The notes beneath the pieces were generated by a model. That model did no database searches, was not told where the DNA came from, and saw nothing but the letters and a program-made list of their open reading frames with translations. Position numbers and translations under genes: made by a program. DNA of 63,680 nucleotides, the filler included, from Lenisia limosa (taxonomy: Eukaryota; Protista; Breviatea), in assembly GCA_001655205.1 (NCBI GenBank). It is 16 parts of 16 records of this genome, joined end to end, with 100 filler letters (N's around TTAATTAATTAA, not from the genome) between each part and the next. Parts side by side here need not be neighbours in the genome. Positions count along the whole stretch, not along the records: positions 51,263 to 55,115 come from LPNZ01004021.1; positions 55,216 to 58,064 come from LPNZ01009716.1; positions 58,165 to 62,236 come from LPNZ01004561.1; positions 62,337 to 63,680 come from LPNZ01004757.1; 12 more parts are not named here. One strand, written 5' to 3'. Of the stretch, positions 51,351 through 63,680 are shown piece after piece; within the stretch, counting starts at the first letter, position 1, and every line of letters begins with the position of its first letter.

Positions 51351-51900
51351 CTAACTTTGGTCAACCCATCCATCAAGGTTGATGAGATCCATTTCCACAT
51401 CATCAAATGCTGTGTATGAACCGTGTCGGTAGAACTGAAGTGCCTACATAATCAGTATCCGACTAGCCCAAAGAGAGAAAAATAGGTCTTCAAAGACCAA
51501 TGAGAGGCATTACCCCCTCAAACTTGGGCAGTATAGTGACCAAAGATTCCGCGACCTTAATGGGTTAAAAATATCGCAAAATGACGGTGGCACATACTCA
51601 ATGAATGGTCAAAAGTATGAGAGCTGTCCGAGAATTCGCTTCCCCACTAAAACAGTGAATTGTGGTTTATTAAGTGGAGTAATATGTAGTAATAAAAAAA
51701 TCAAAATTTTTCATATAGTAATATCATAGTATATTATAATATAGTACTACATATAAATAATACTAATTTATTCGATCATATGCGTGCCTCCCCAAAAATA
51801 GCAACTGTTCACTTTTCTCTTCACCCTGCATTGGAACTGTTGCTCACAGAATTCATGACAAGACGTGAGAGAAGGCGGCCTGCTGGACCACTACTGTGTT
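51351..51900 (+). CDS. Possible PDE C-terminal exons on the next contig
   Basis: DEIHFHIIKC resembles PDE LIKCAD; KT*EKAACWTT resembles KPWE...WT but contains a TGA. Confidence 0.4.
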
Positions 51901-52029
51901 AGTCATTGAATATGAAGGGTCAAACTGTAATTATTAAAAAGTATTGGAAGAACAACACTCTACTAAAAATGGAGAACCTCTACAGTATACCGTGTAGTTA
52001 ATCCGATAAACGCGTAGCCAGTAGTAAGC

Positions 52030-54240
52030 AGGGCGATATTATTGTCACCACCTTGACCAATGGCATGATGTGTACCTAAGCTGAATAGATGAGTCGTGGT
52101 TGATCTGCAAATAGACCAACAAAATACTGTTTCCACTCTTATATCTGAGATGAGAAAGGCGAAACGTTGTAACTGTTACCCCCTCCCCACATAGTTGGTT
52201 CAGCAGGCATATTCATAAGCCGGTAAGTACCGCTTCCTGCAGGGTTGTCAGTGATCTTGGCTGCGACAACTGTATCAGGGGAAATACTACAATGGTCAGA
52301 AATAAGTGATATCATAAAATATAATAATCTCAGATGATACACGGTATACAAAGAAAGCCTTTATTGTGCCAAATATGTACTATGATTTAACTTTATAAAA
52401 ATACCATACTGTGACCTGGCACTACCCCAGTCCTTTAGCTATTAGTAACTTCCCCTCAGACCTGGTACTAGGAGAAGGTCTCAGCCAAATGACATTAAAT
52501 TCAACCTAATGGCATAAATACATTTAGAATTATAGCTTGTACATCATTTGTCTGTATTATGTAAGATCGGGAATGCTAGCCAAAATCACAAATTAATCAC
52601 CATTTGTGGACAAAGGGACGCGCAGAGAACTTGGAACGTTCTTTCAGACTTGGATGCTCCCTCAAGAATTTCTACAATCTAATCCGTTAGTATCTCAACA
52701 CTTCAAGTTTAAGTAATACCAGCTTCATTCCNNNNNNNNNNNNNNNNNNNNNNNNNNNNNNNNNNNNNNNNNNNNNNNNNNNNNNNNNNNNNNNNNNNNN
52801 NNNNNNNNNNNNNNNNNNNNNNNNNNNNNNNNNNNNNNNNAGTTTCACGGTTTGTCTGCATGGTAAACTGCAGGAAAGGGGACGTAGATACTGAATTTCC
52901 CACACGGAGGAAGAGTTCCACTGAGTCTGACGACCTGGTGGTCAGAAGTAGGCACCCGAGGAGTAAAATATGGCAAGAATTACAAAAGCGACTCCAACAC
53001 TTCACTGTGGTAATAAATTCAGATCCCAACTGGCTAGGATATATCACAAATAGAAGCAAAATCGAGCGTAACCTGTGTGATTCGTTTTTAGTGTATTACT
53101 AAAAAAGAAAATATTTTTGATGTAAGAAAGCAAAAGCGGTGTGACAAAAATCTTGCTAACATCTTTTGGGCAAATTATTAGCAACAATATCCCCAAGTGT
53201 TGTGAGCCGGCCGCATCCTATGTAAAAAGTAGTGAAAAGATGACATCACCATAACATTTGTTAAGATGTCGTGAATTTTCTGGGTTGGCACCCTGCTTAA
53301 TCTCATTTTATCCAACCCACACGATGTGCTCAGCAGTAGTTGTCACCAAATAAAGTCCTGGGGTATTGACAACGATACGCGAACCAGAAATTTCAACGTT
53401 TCGCTCCATTAGTACACCAGCTCTAAGTAGTAAGTTTGTCAAGAGCTTCAATTACACTTTAAAAAGGTTTTCCTCCTCACCTGTTTTCTGTCCATTCAGT
53501 GTAGGCGTTGTATGTTCCAGTTTTAATATTAGCGTAAGAGGATCCTGCAAATCGAGATGGTTGTTCTACAGGGTTAACGTTATATTTTCAGTAGGAGGTG
53601 AAGATATAAATGGCGGGGTGATTGATTCTATCAAAAACAACCGGATTGCTACATATAAAAAAAAAACAGATAAAAACCTCAAAGAGTATAGAAAAAGAAG
53701 CAAAATAAGAAAGAGAAAATAAAAGAAGGGGACGCCATTTTTTATAAAGACGCCATCCTACCATCATCTTCAACAATCGGTCTCCATTTGGAGTTGAAGC
53801 AAAGAACAGTATTGCCGGTTTCATTAATCGTCCTGGAGGTGGGGTAGAATTACAGAAGTGATTTCAATCTGAGTAGAACTTATCATTCGTGAACAAACAA
53901 AAAGACGAAGGAGAAGAGTGGTGGAACTTATTTCCACTCTTCCAACCTGAATTGGCCGTTTGTTATCGTATCACAAGTGGGTAGTAAGGCCTCAGGAACT
54001 GCCATTAATGACAGGTGCCCAGCCTCAATTGTCTGTGTTCATGACAACAAAATGAAAATGGATGATTGGTAAGTATAACGTGGCTATATCACGGCTATAT
54101 CTATCAATGCAGGTATGAGTAAGCCTGGTCCTCTGGTCCCTTCAGCCTCCAAACCTCGGCAACAATATGCTCCTTAAATTTTAATTCATTACTGGCTCCA
54201 AGAAGGACACAATAGATGGTTGGCAAAGAGAGCAGTAGCC
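52030..54240 (-). CDS. Unidentified multi-exon gene (low confidence)
   Basis: AG/GT-bounded GC-richer blocks such as TIEAGHLSLMAVPEALLPTCDTITNGQF, TINETGNTVLCFNSKWRPIVEDD and VAAKITDNPAGSGTYRLMNMPAEPT. Confidence 0.35.
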
Positions 54241-54524
54241 CCAAATAACTAAGATATAAGTACAGTCCCAACTCAACTTACGTTACAATAAGTGGATGGT
54301 TTTTCGGCATTGTATTATATTATTTCTTTCTATTGATTAATTATCGAATTGTTTAGCCCATGGTTTAGCCTGTTCCAAGGTTCGGCGAGAAAACATCATA
54401 TTTTTAAAGGGCACAAAAGGAAAAATGACAATGCCCACTTGCCACTTTTGACCTTTTTTTCCTTTTTTCGACAGTAACAGAGACAGGTAGGGTGGTAGTG
54501 ACAGAGACAGCGAATCAGCAGAAT

Positions 54525-55061
54525 ATGGCGGAAAAAACTGAGAAGTTCGTCTTACCTACGTTCTTTTCGAAGCCCACAGTTGACCTATCGCCCCTTTCGA
54601 CCCCTTCACGCTCTCCTGTTACTCAACAAAGTTTTAAAACGCAGAAATTGTTGCCTTCGAAGCGAAGGGTTCCTTCTCCCACTAATGTGGGCAACCGTTT
54701 TGCTTCCAGTTACCATTACTGCTTACCTACCCGTTACCTTTACCTTATGACCAGAAAAACCCGATCAATTCACAACCTCAAGTCCAATCGACCAAGAATG
54801 CGAGGTTTGATTGGCAAGGGTGCCAAGATATGTGTACTTTTTTGGAACTGCCCTTTCTCATGTTCACAGTTGCAGTAATGCTGGCAGTAATGAAGACGTT
54901 GCTGGTATGAAATAGGGAGTGTCAGCTTCAAGAGTTGATAAATGTGTAACATCTTTTAGAAAGAGATGCCGAAGACCAGCGATATGTTGTTGGACTACCA
55001 CCGTTTATAATGGAACAGCAAATGGCCAAATCATCACTTGGCGAATCCCCAACCAAAAAAA
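54525..55061 (+). CDS. 5' end of an unidentified Ser/Pro/Lys-rich protein
   Basis: MAEKTEKFVLPTFFSKPTVDLSPLSTPSRSP... followed by short GT-AG introns; cut by the linker. Confidence 0.45.
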
Positions 55062-55337
55062 GGTCGGTCAATTATAAACTTTCCTATATTATATCATATC
55101 TCTTTCAATTTTTAANNNNNNNNNNNNNNNNNNNNNNNNNNNNNNNNNNNNNNNNNNNNTTAATTAATTAANNNNNNNNNNNNNNNNNNNNNNNNNNNNN
55201 NNNNNNNNNNNNNNNGCTCACACCGATGTGGGTTTTGACTGGCATGTTCTCAGAATCAGAGTGACTTGATGTGTTATTTTTCTGAGCAAAACAGGAACCT
55301 CATAATTCATGGCCCTTTCGTAACATTCCAACCTTTC

Positions 55338-57880
55338 AGAGCACGCCTGCTAAGTACCGCGCCTCTCTGGAGAAGTGTCTGCTTGTTGGAAGGTGGGAAT
55401 GTAGTTGTGATTTATATCAACAGGTTTCAGTCATACATAGGTCTTCCTTACGGTCCCAAAATAGACTGCGATAAATGGTCTTTTTTGGACCCTAGGGAAG
55501 CCCTAGTCAGTCATACCAAGTGGTTTCGAAGGTGTGACCGATTTTACGGTTTTAGATCTGAGGCGTTCTCACGTTCCCGTAAGATCGACCCCCAGGATGT
55601 CAAAAACCTCAAGGTTGGACTGATCTGATTGCTGATATTATATTCTTTTTATATCATCGAAGACATTCCAATTTCCTGTTTTTAATGGCTTTTAGATTAC
55701 TTCAGAACCCAGTTCCACAAACTCTTCTCCCCTTGGTTAGCTGATACCTTTTTTATGCTATTGAAAATTTTTAAATACCTTGTGTTTTACTTTAAGATAT
55801 GAAATACCTTGTTCTTTCTTTTAAGATCTTCAATAACTCGTTTGACCCCCTTGACTGTTCACATCATTGACCCCGCTTTTTCTCACCCCTCTCCACTATT
55901 CTCACAGTGATGGGATGCGGTGCCGNNNNNNNNNNNNNNNNNNNNNNNNNNNNNNNNNNNNNNNNNNNNNNNNNNNNNNNNNNNNNNNNNNNNNNNNNNN
56001 NNNAAATGTTCCAATTTCTCTCACCCCCTTCCTCAGGTACCCCTGTAGCCCTGCCGCCTGCCTCAGTGTTCCTCTCCACTACATCTCTCGACCCTGTGCA
56101 GCTCAATATCCAATGGGCGTATTTATGTGGGTGTAAAATGGGACAATTATGATTCAACCAAATACAATAATATATAATATGTTCAACTTCAACATTGAGG
56201 GCACGGTATCATGCCCATAGTCTCCCTTAGATGAACACCTACCTACCATGCCCCCTATGTTGATACTACTGACACATTAGTCACGATAGTTGCGGCGGCG
56301 ACGACGACGAGTCAGCCGACAAACGTGCCGTTCAGTGGCAGTGCTCTCACCCTCGCTCTTCCTCCTCCGGGTAGGTCACATGGGAGGTTATGCTGCGAGA
56401 GGAATTATGTTTAAGTTCAAGATTTGTTTGCGATACTCAACTTATCATCAGCCTTTGATTCTGATCATAACTAGGGCTTCCCAACGGTCCCAAAAAAGAC
56501 AGAATTTATCAATAAATCCTTATGAATATTGGTATTTTAACGGTCTTTTTCGGACCGTAGGAAAGCCCTAATCATAACCCTTTTTGCGGCCCTTAATACT
56601 CCAAAACCATTGTGCCCTTCAACTGACATACCAGGTGCTAGTGCTCGGGATGTTGCCAATGTCTCAGTAAAGTACATGAAGCACTCCGATAAACACATCA
56701 GGTATGTAGTGTGCTGCAGAGTGGGGGAGGGGAGGTTAAGCTACATACATGCCATGTAAAGGAGNNNNNNNNNNNNNNNNNNNNNNNNNNNNNNNNNNNN
56801 NNNNNNNNNNNNNNNNNNNNNNNNNNNNNNNNNNNNNNNNNNNNNNNNNNNNNNNNNNNNNNNNNNNNNNTTGTTACTCAACCCGTGTATTATGGAGGTG
56901 TGGCATACAGTATTATCCTGGCTGTGTGCATACATACGAATGTGATGCTGTGGGGGCGTAACTATGGGCTTCTCCTGTACTAGGCTTTGTAATTATTTCG
57001 TAAGTCCTTCACCCCTCTAGATCGTGTGCAGCCTTCGCAGCATCCTTCCTCCCCCCTCAAGACGTCCTACCCAGTATTGAAGCGCTGGAAAACGACGATT
57101 TCGTGGGCCTTTGTCAAAGCTTCTTGTTCATGTGCCCCATGTACCCCTCCCCTTTATATTCACAATATCCACTCTGATACCCTCTGGTTCGTCGTTTATG
57201 CATATTATCCAGTATAGAACTCTCCCCAATGTCCGCTTTGGTATCAATAGCTATTATGATGTGTCTTTTTAAAAGTTCATCAAAAGAAAGTAATATATTC
57301 ATACCAAGTAATAAATTGCATCAAGACAATTGTAACAAGTGCTTGCATTTGGCTGGGCATTTTACCAACTCCGCAGGGGCAAAGTGAGGAGACGTTCGCA
57401 ACAGTTGCCCAGTTCTATGACCTACATGCCCATCGATTTGACCCAGAACTTCTCGAAACCTACGCTGGACTGAGGTGGCATGTTTTAAGGTGAGGGGGAT
57501 GAGCACAACACCCAGTCAATAGTTCAGCCCTGTCAATTCTAGCTTCTGGTTCAACAATTTACTCTGAGAATGCTGATATTTTAGGTTTATTGATGCTGCA
57601 GTAGCCAAACTAAAGGATAACCAGGTAGGCTTGGATTGGAAGAGAGGCATTTGAGCCTCAATTTGGTCCGAAAGACAGGAACAACTAATCTTCCGAGTTT
57701 TTGGAGACATATTCGTTACAAGAAGAAACCTCCCTTTGACCCAAGGGTTATTGCGCTAACACCATCTCTTACCTTCTTACCCGCTTATTCCTTACCCCTC
57801 CCCCAGGCGGTCAACGCAGCATGTGAACTTTCCATCACCAGTCTCCTGTCTCCTGTTGTGTACCAGCTGTGTCCCATTGG
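55338..57880 (+). CDS. Multi-exon fragment, unidentified; could be the upstream part of RME-8 or a separate gene
   Basis: Exons STPAKYRASLEKCLLVG, GRLGLEERHLSLNLVRK and AVNAACELSITSLLSPVVYQL; no decisive motif. Confidence 0.4.
55438..55505. mobile_element. hAT-type MITE copy (shortened)
   Basis: TAGGTCTTCCTTACGGTCC...GGACCCTAGGGAAGCCCTA. Confidence 0.8.
56472..56570. mobile_element. hAT-type MITE, best-preserved boundaries
   Basis: TAGGGCTTCCCAACGGTCCCAAAAAAGAC...GGTCTTTTTCGGACCGTAGGAAAGCCCTA with a perfect 8-bp TSD ATCATAAC. Confidence 0.93.
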
Positions 57881-58228
57881 TGAGTGTTGGGCTTTTTGTC
57901 AAAAATGTAAGGTGTTTTATGGGGCTGATGCTCAAAATGGAAAAGTTGAACTCTTTCTGGATTTAATGCTCCATCACTGTCTACAGGATATCAAACAACC
58001 AAACCACTTACACAGCAATTATCTCCCTTTCCTAACTCTAGACATCACCCATTAATTTTCTATTNNNNNNNNNNNNNNNNNNNNNNNNNNNNNNNNNNNN
58101 NNNNNNNNTTAATTAATTAANNNNNNNNNNNNNNNNNNNNNNNNNNNNNNNNNNNNNNNNNNNNATGGTATATAATGTGGATCCCCCCCCCCCCTCCTAA
58201 TTATCATATTTGACCTCTCTCCCCCAGA

Positions 58229-61200
58229 CGATTGAACTTGTTATGAAGCTTGCTGCGTGCAACGTCTGTGTAGACAGTTTGGAAGGAAAGAGCCTCATCA
58301 AGAAAGTTATTGTCCTGTTGCAGGTGAGGGATTTGGCATGGTGGTAACTTATTATCAGGCTAACGTTCTTCAATTCACCATATTAGGAAGGAGTTTTAGT
58401 GAAAAGCACTGAGCAGATCCTCGACATCCTCCTCGCCCTCTTCGCAAAAACTTCGTGGGGGGAGGGTTTACCATTTGTTCTGGTTGTTTCTTGTTGGATA
58501 AAGCTTCTTGTCAGCACTTTGTCGGGTATATCAGCTTGATGGCAGAGTAACTTTTTTTTAGTTTGGTCAAGGAAGGCATGGACGCTGGAGCCATTCTGTT
58601 CCTTCTGTCCCTCTTTGTATACCGTCAAACGAGGACACCGCCAACCCTTGGAGTATGCTTGGCGTTGGGGTTTCACAATGTGTGTATTGTTTTGGTGTTT
58701 AATAATTTTGAGATGCAAACTGTGTTACCAAGGTGTTAAGATATTTATTTTGATTTTTATTTAATTAATGTGTCATAGTATGCTCTGAAAAATGTGATAA
58801 TATGAAGAGCTTCGGCGAGGTAGTCTCTTTATTAGTTTATTTCTCTCATTTGGACATAGTAATATTATCATATAGTTGTATCTTCTTTTCTTTTCTTTTT
58901 GTATTATCTGACCTCTTTCCAGGACCAACAACGCAGAGCAAAGGCTGCCAACTTACTCATTAAAATGGCTTCAGACCGAGTTCATGGTTCAAAGGTGAGG
59001 GGGCACCTTGAAGTTTCCCCCTTCAATTTTTTTGTGTGCAATATCGAATTACTCTCACCAAATTTAGGTTACCCTTCAAGTAAGCAAGTACCTTCCTCCT
59101 GCCTTCATTTCTGCCATGCGTGAAGACCCTGATACAGCAGTCCAAACATTTGATGAGGTACGCGATATTCCAAAGGAGGTGTAAATCAAAATAGAGTATT
59201 CTGTTTTATGTTTTGGTGAAGTAGTTATTAATTATCTTCTATTCTTGGTTATCAGAGCTACATCTGATCGTTTTTCTTATCCATTGCTTCAGGAGCACAC
59301 CAACCCCGAGCTTATTTGGACGGACACTATTCGTGAGGAGATTCGTACCATCATCAGACGCCATACTAAGGAATGGTACACGACGTTCAGGTTGGGTTGG
59401 TGGCAAGGATCTCCTTTCAATGAGTTTTTCCTTGGGCTTCACTTCGGTTCGAAAAAATACTGAATTTTTCGATAAATCCTGGAAAACTATCGATATTTTA
59501 CCGGTCTTTTTCGGACGAAAGTGAATCTTCCTTACACAGTTTATTCCATAATCAATATGGCTTCCAAAACTAGTCGTTTGGTTGCTATTTATATTACTCC
59601 ACACCTACCCTAACAATTCCCCAGCACCAAGCCCAATGCCGTGTGGAGTGTCAACGATGAGTTCAGAATTGAGATCTCGGAATTGAAAGATGAGGTTCGG
59701 GAGTGGGGTATTTCTTCTCAGTAATCGTGTTTGAGTTTTGTTACTGATTTAAATTAGGTCTGTGTTGCAGGAGTTTACCTTCGACTCTTCCTTAAGAACC
59801 CCAACTGGGCCCTCAGGCATCCTCGTCAGCTCCTGGAGAGTCTTGCAGAAGAAATCCTGTGAGCGCTACAACAATGTTTACACTGCGGCAAAGGGCTGAG
59901 TGACATGATGATAGAGTGTTTCAATACCTTAACACAACTTCAGCTCTGCGTGTTCTCGTAAAACGATCAACAAGGACCGAGTGGAGTTGCTCCTGTCAGC
60001 AGCTGTTTCTCTTCTGCAGNNNNNNNNNNNNNNNNNNNNNNNNNNNNNNNNNNNNNNNNNNNNNNNNNNNNNNNNNNNNNNNNNNNNNNNNNNNNNNNNN
60101 NNNNNNNNNNNNNNNNNNNNNNNNNNNNNNNNNNNNNNNNNNNNNNNNNNNNNNNNNNNNNNNNNNNNNNNNNNNNNNNNNNNNNNNNNNNNNNNNNNNN
60201 NNNNNNNNNNNNNNNNNNNNNNNNNNNNNNNNNNNNNNNNNNNNNNNNNNNNNNNNNNNNNNNNNNNNNNNNNNNNNNNNNNNNNNNNNNNNNNNGCCTA
60301 AAGTGGTTGCCCATATTGAGAGGCATGGTGCTTCAATCTACATTGCCCAGGTGAGTTAGTGCTTTCACCATGAGTCCTAGTAATAGAGACTTTACTACAA
60401 AAAAAATAAAAAAAAAAAAGATCGAAAGAAAGAAAGTCGTGACTTTGTAGTTCCTGGCCCAACTCTGTGAGTCCCGGGCCTGTGTTGAGGTTTTGGGCAC
60501 GGTCAAAACTGTCAAGGCAATCACCGTTTCAATTGGAACGTAGGAGGCGCTGTGGTGATTTATTTTTCTTCTTGCTTTGTATACCCATTTATTATGGTCA
60601 CAGAGGGGGGGGGGGGGTACTGTGATTTGAAAGTTACTGCCAGGTCATCTAAAAAGAAAACAAAAAATCAAAATACTTAACCACAGTAACAGAGTCCCGA
60701 CTTTACATAAACATCTCCCTTCAGAGGTTGACTCTTCAGGACAAAATCCTCCGACGTGATTGAGCTTCTTGTAGCCACTTGCGAGAGAATGGCCACTAAA
60801 AACAACTGTGCAAGAGGTGGGGGAGCTCGGTGTTCCCTTAGACGTCATGGTTAAAGGCATCTTATATAGAAGCATCTTTAATACCCTCACACCGTAGGAT
60901 GCGTGGTCTCTCAGGCATCCAAGGACGGTCTTGTTGATACTCTCCTGGATATCTTGGATGACGACTCAAAGTTTGCATCCCGCGTGTCACCAACTGTTTG
61001 TTGGGTGTACGGGAAGGGCTTTTCCGCAAATGATTAGTGAGTAGTAGAATGATGTGAGGGTGGGGGGTATGAAAAGGGATTTATACAAGTGTGTAGAACT
61101 GACGATTGATGTTTTTTTTTAAAAAAAGGACAATACTCTGCATTTGTCATAATCTCTAAGGCTGACACTATCAGGTTAAAGCGTATTGTGTGAGGGCACT

Positions 61201-61473
61201 CAAGGCAATGACAGAAGATTTGGCCCATGGTGCGATTGTCGAAGAAGCTCTGGCTGCCTCTGCAGCCTGGGCATCCTACCGTGACCAACGCCACGATCTG
61301 TTCCTCACTTCCAAACCAGTTGTGACTGGTCTTTTGACTGGTAGGTTGAGCTGACTGTAAATGTGACGCCTTTTTTCTCTGTAATGTGACGCCTTTTTTC
61401 TCTTACCTTCTTTCAGGACCAACTTCTCAATCCGCTCCCCAAACAAACAATCTACTCACCGCTCCCACGAGGT
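58229..61473 (+). CDS. DNAJC13: RME-8/DNAJC13 (receptor-mediated endocytosis 8), C-terminal multi-exon fragment
   Basis: RAKAANLLIKMASDRVHGSK|VTLQVSKYLPPAFISAMREDP...HTNPELIWTD...VAGVYLRLFLKNPNWALRHPR...VKAYCVRALKAM...WASYRDQRHDLFL match the RME-8 C-terminal IWN and ARM region. Confidence 0.95.
59433..59530. mobile_element. hAT-type MITE copy in an RME-8 intron
   Basis: TGGGCTTCACTTCGGTTCGAAAAAATAC...CGGACGAAAGTGAATCTT. Confidence 0.8.
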
Positions 61474-62339
61474 AGGAGAGCAAATGATCCACTGTGACTT
61501 GTTTTTTTTTTTTTGTTTTTTTTCAGGATCAAAAAGATATGGTTGTTACTCAATAACAAAACAAACAACATCCAAAAACATCCAACAGAAAAGGACAAAA
61601 TATGGAGAACTTCACGCTAGCTTTTTAAGAAATTACTTGAATACACCTTGACAGGAAAACAAACAAAATATCTGGACTGGAAAAACAAAAAGATCAAAAA
61701 AAAGGATGATTTAACCCCCACCAAACAAATATAAAAATTCGAAAGGTTTTGAAAGGACAAAAAGATGTATTTATCGAAAAAAACATTTGAATTTGAAAGA
61801 ACAAGATTTGAAAGGACAAAAAATATATTTATCGAAAAAACATTCAGTCAAACAAAGATAAAGATACATAGGAGAGCGGCGGTGGAGTGGACGGGGACGG
61901 ACTGGAGGGTGATCTCTTCTGGAGCGGGGCGGTGGGCGGTCTGGGCAGCGGGTAAACAGACTAGAGCGAGGCGGCGGGATGGTGATCACTTCTGTGGTGA
62001 CGCGGCGGGTAATCTGGGCACTTGGAGTGCAAACTGTTTTATGGGTTTCACCTATCACATAATAATGTATTACGGATGGCATTCAATTGTTGTAAATCGA
62101 ATAGGTGGAGGTATGAGGGAAAGAAAAGGGAAAGTTGGTTGGGTAGTTATGGGTGAGGCTGGAACAAAGGTGAGGTTAGTGAGGTGGTGGGAGGTGAGTT
62201 ACGCCAGGTACGCCCGGAACGACGGACATATGGGGCNNNNNNNNNNNNNNNNNNNNNNNNNNNNNNNNNNNNNNNNNNNNTTAATTAATTAANNNNNNNN
62301 NNNNNNNNNNNNNNNNNNNNNNNNNNNNNNNNNNNNCCC

Positions 62340-63665
62340 CCCTACAATAGTTCCATCATCATTCTCATATTCGACTGCCACCGCCAGCACCGAATCGGTG
62401 GGACGCTTGGTGTTTCTTTCTTGGTTGGCGACCACCAAAATAGCACCGATCTTATCGACAATGTCATGATCCACAATAAGCTAGGGAAATGTAAGGGACG
62501 TCATAAATTGAGGAAATGAAGTTGGGAAAAGGTAACTTGAGAGAGAGCAAATGCAGTCATATTATTCTTTTGCAAACGAAATGTAACTTTAATCATAATT
62601 TGGGTTACTTATGTGGTTTGTTCAACGCTCTTTATCACTTCAGTAATGTTGGTCCAATTACCTCAAGAGGACCCAAAACGGCTTGTACGTCCATTGCAAC
62701 CTGTATAGTAAGTACAGGACATTTCTAAACCACAATATGGGGAAATTGAGTGTTGGAGTATGGAATGTAAGGTTATTTTGAAAGAGATAAGAAAACAACG
62801 AAAAAAAGTTTGTATTTGGACGAAAAGGTTTACACCATCACGCTTTTTAGAGATATTGGATTATAGTATATGGCCGAAGCCGTCCACANNNNNNNNNNNN
62901 NNNNNNNNNNNNNNNNNNNNNNNNNNNNNNNNNNNNNNNNNNNNNNNNNNNNNNNNNNNNNNNNNNNNNNNNNNNNNNNNNNNNNNNNNNNNNNNNNAAA
63001 CACAGCTCTGCGTGGATCCCTGGCATTCCCCAAAACATTTCGCTTAAAACTAGCTCTAGTAAGGAGTGGGGAGATGTTTACGCCAAGAAGGCTCGGTCGC
63101 AAGTTATATTTAGGGCTTCCCTTAGGTCCAAAAAACACCGGTAAAATATTGACATTAATCGAGGAATATTGATTGTTTGGAGGTAATTATATTACTTGCT
63201 CCCAACAAAGCTCCGAAGATTCGAGCGTCCAACCAACTTTCGGGTGTTTTGGAGGGGGGTTGACTTGGGACATGTGCAGAGCCAGGAGAGGTTCAGGGGT
63301 GTGAGGGCCGAGCTAGGTAGGGGGGTAAATTGGATTTACGAAACAACAAAAAGTGGAAAATACGGTTTTTGAATCAGACAGGAGAAACAAGGGGGGATTG
63401 AAACAAAAACCACCAAAGCCAGTCGTACTTCGAAGTAACCATCCAAACAACATCAACAAAAAGAATAATAATAATAAGAAGAATAACAATAATAGTAATA
63501 AATCGTGAAACAAATGAAAAATTCGTGAAAAAAAACTAATAAAAATCAACAAAAGCAGTCATGCTCCCGGCGTACTTTGAGGTGGTTTTGATCCCATAGG
63601 TTGAATTGCCTCGCTAGCGAGTGAGCCGGCTGGAAGTTGACTGGACGTTCGGCGTGGATGTTCTG
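62340..63665 (-). CDS. Unidentified multi-exon gene fragment
   Basis: Poly-C-AG acceptors; exon IVDHDIVDKIGAILVVANQERNTKRPTDSVLAVAVEYENDDGT plus upstream GC-rich exons. Confidence 0.4.
63111..63170. mobile_element. hAT-type MITE, 5' half
   Basis: TAGGGCTTCCCTTAGGTCCAAAAAACACCGGTAAAATAT. Confidence 0.75.
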
Positions 63666-63680
63666 GGGGGGGGGGGGGGG

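Noticed and set aside
20930-51875. Stop-codon reassignment (TAA in pogo copy 2, TGA at a Trp-like site near 51865)
   Set aside because: Several hundred codons of conserved CYFIP and RME-8 exons have no in-frame stops and use TGG for Trp. The isolated stops fit decay or sequencing error.
61771-62292. 175-aa plus-strand ORF and an SR-like minus-strand ORF
   Set aside because: The GC-rich block may be a terminal exon on the minus strand, but no frame or family could be fixed, so it is not called.
4382-62336. Regularly recurring TTAATTAATTAA as a CRISPR-like or biological repeat
   Set aside because: It is always centred in a 100-bp N linker and is a six-frame-stop scaffolding or concatenation artefact.
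3663-63172. ORF-track entries made mostly of X
   Set aside because: They are read-through of N-masked low-complexity sequence or linkers.
1-63680. rRNA, tRNA, CRISPR arrays, telomeres, and prokaryotic or viral operons
   Set aside because: None were recognised; all coding sequence is interrupted by spliceosomal introns.

Overview
Eukaryotic, intron-rich protist-like DNA in the standard genetic code. An amoebozoan-type organism is plausible from the WAVE-complex gene plus a PstS-like sensor and a kinase-cyclase, but this is inference. The window is about 16 short contigs joined by an artificial 100-bp linker (44 N + TTAATTAATTAA + 44 N), with further N-masked low-complexity runs, so adjacency across linkers is not evidence of linkage. 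Hand-spliced gene fragments: CYFIP/Sra-1, RME-8/DNAJC13, a TM-kinase-class III (guanylyl-like) cyclase, a PstS-like periplasmic-binding-domain gene, a RhoGEF DH gene, a class I cyclic-nucleotide PDE, two ankyrin-repeat genes and an OTU-like domain. Mobile DNA is dense: three pogo/DDE_1 transposase copies carrying spliceosomal introns at shared positions, a Tc1 relic, a ~100-bp hAT-type MITE family (8-bp TSDs, more than 15 copies) and a Tc1-type MITE. The most unusual signal is a hairpin-containing repeat family that sits in host-gene sense orientation immediately upstream of 3' splice sites on both strands (Introner-like), alongside poly-G donor and poly-C acceptor intron ends. Exon coordinates were read by eye and are approximate.
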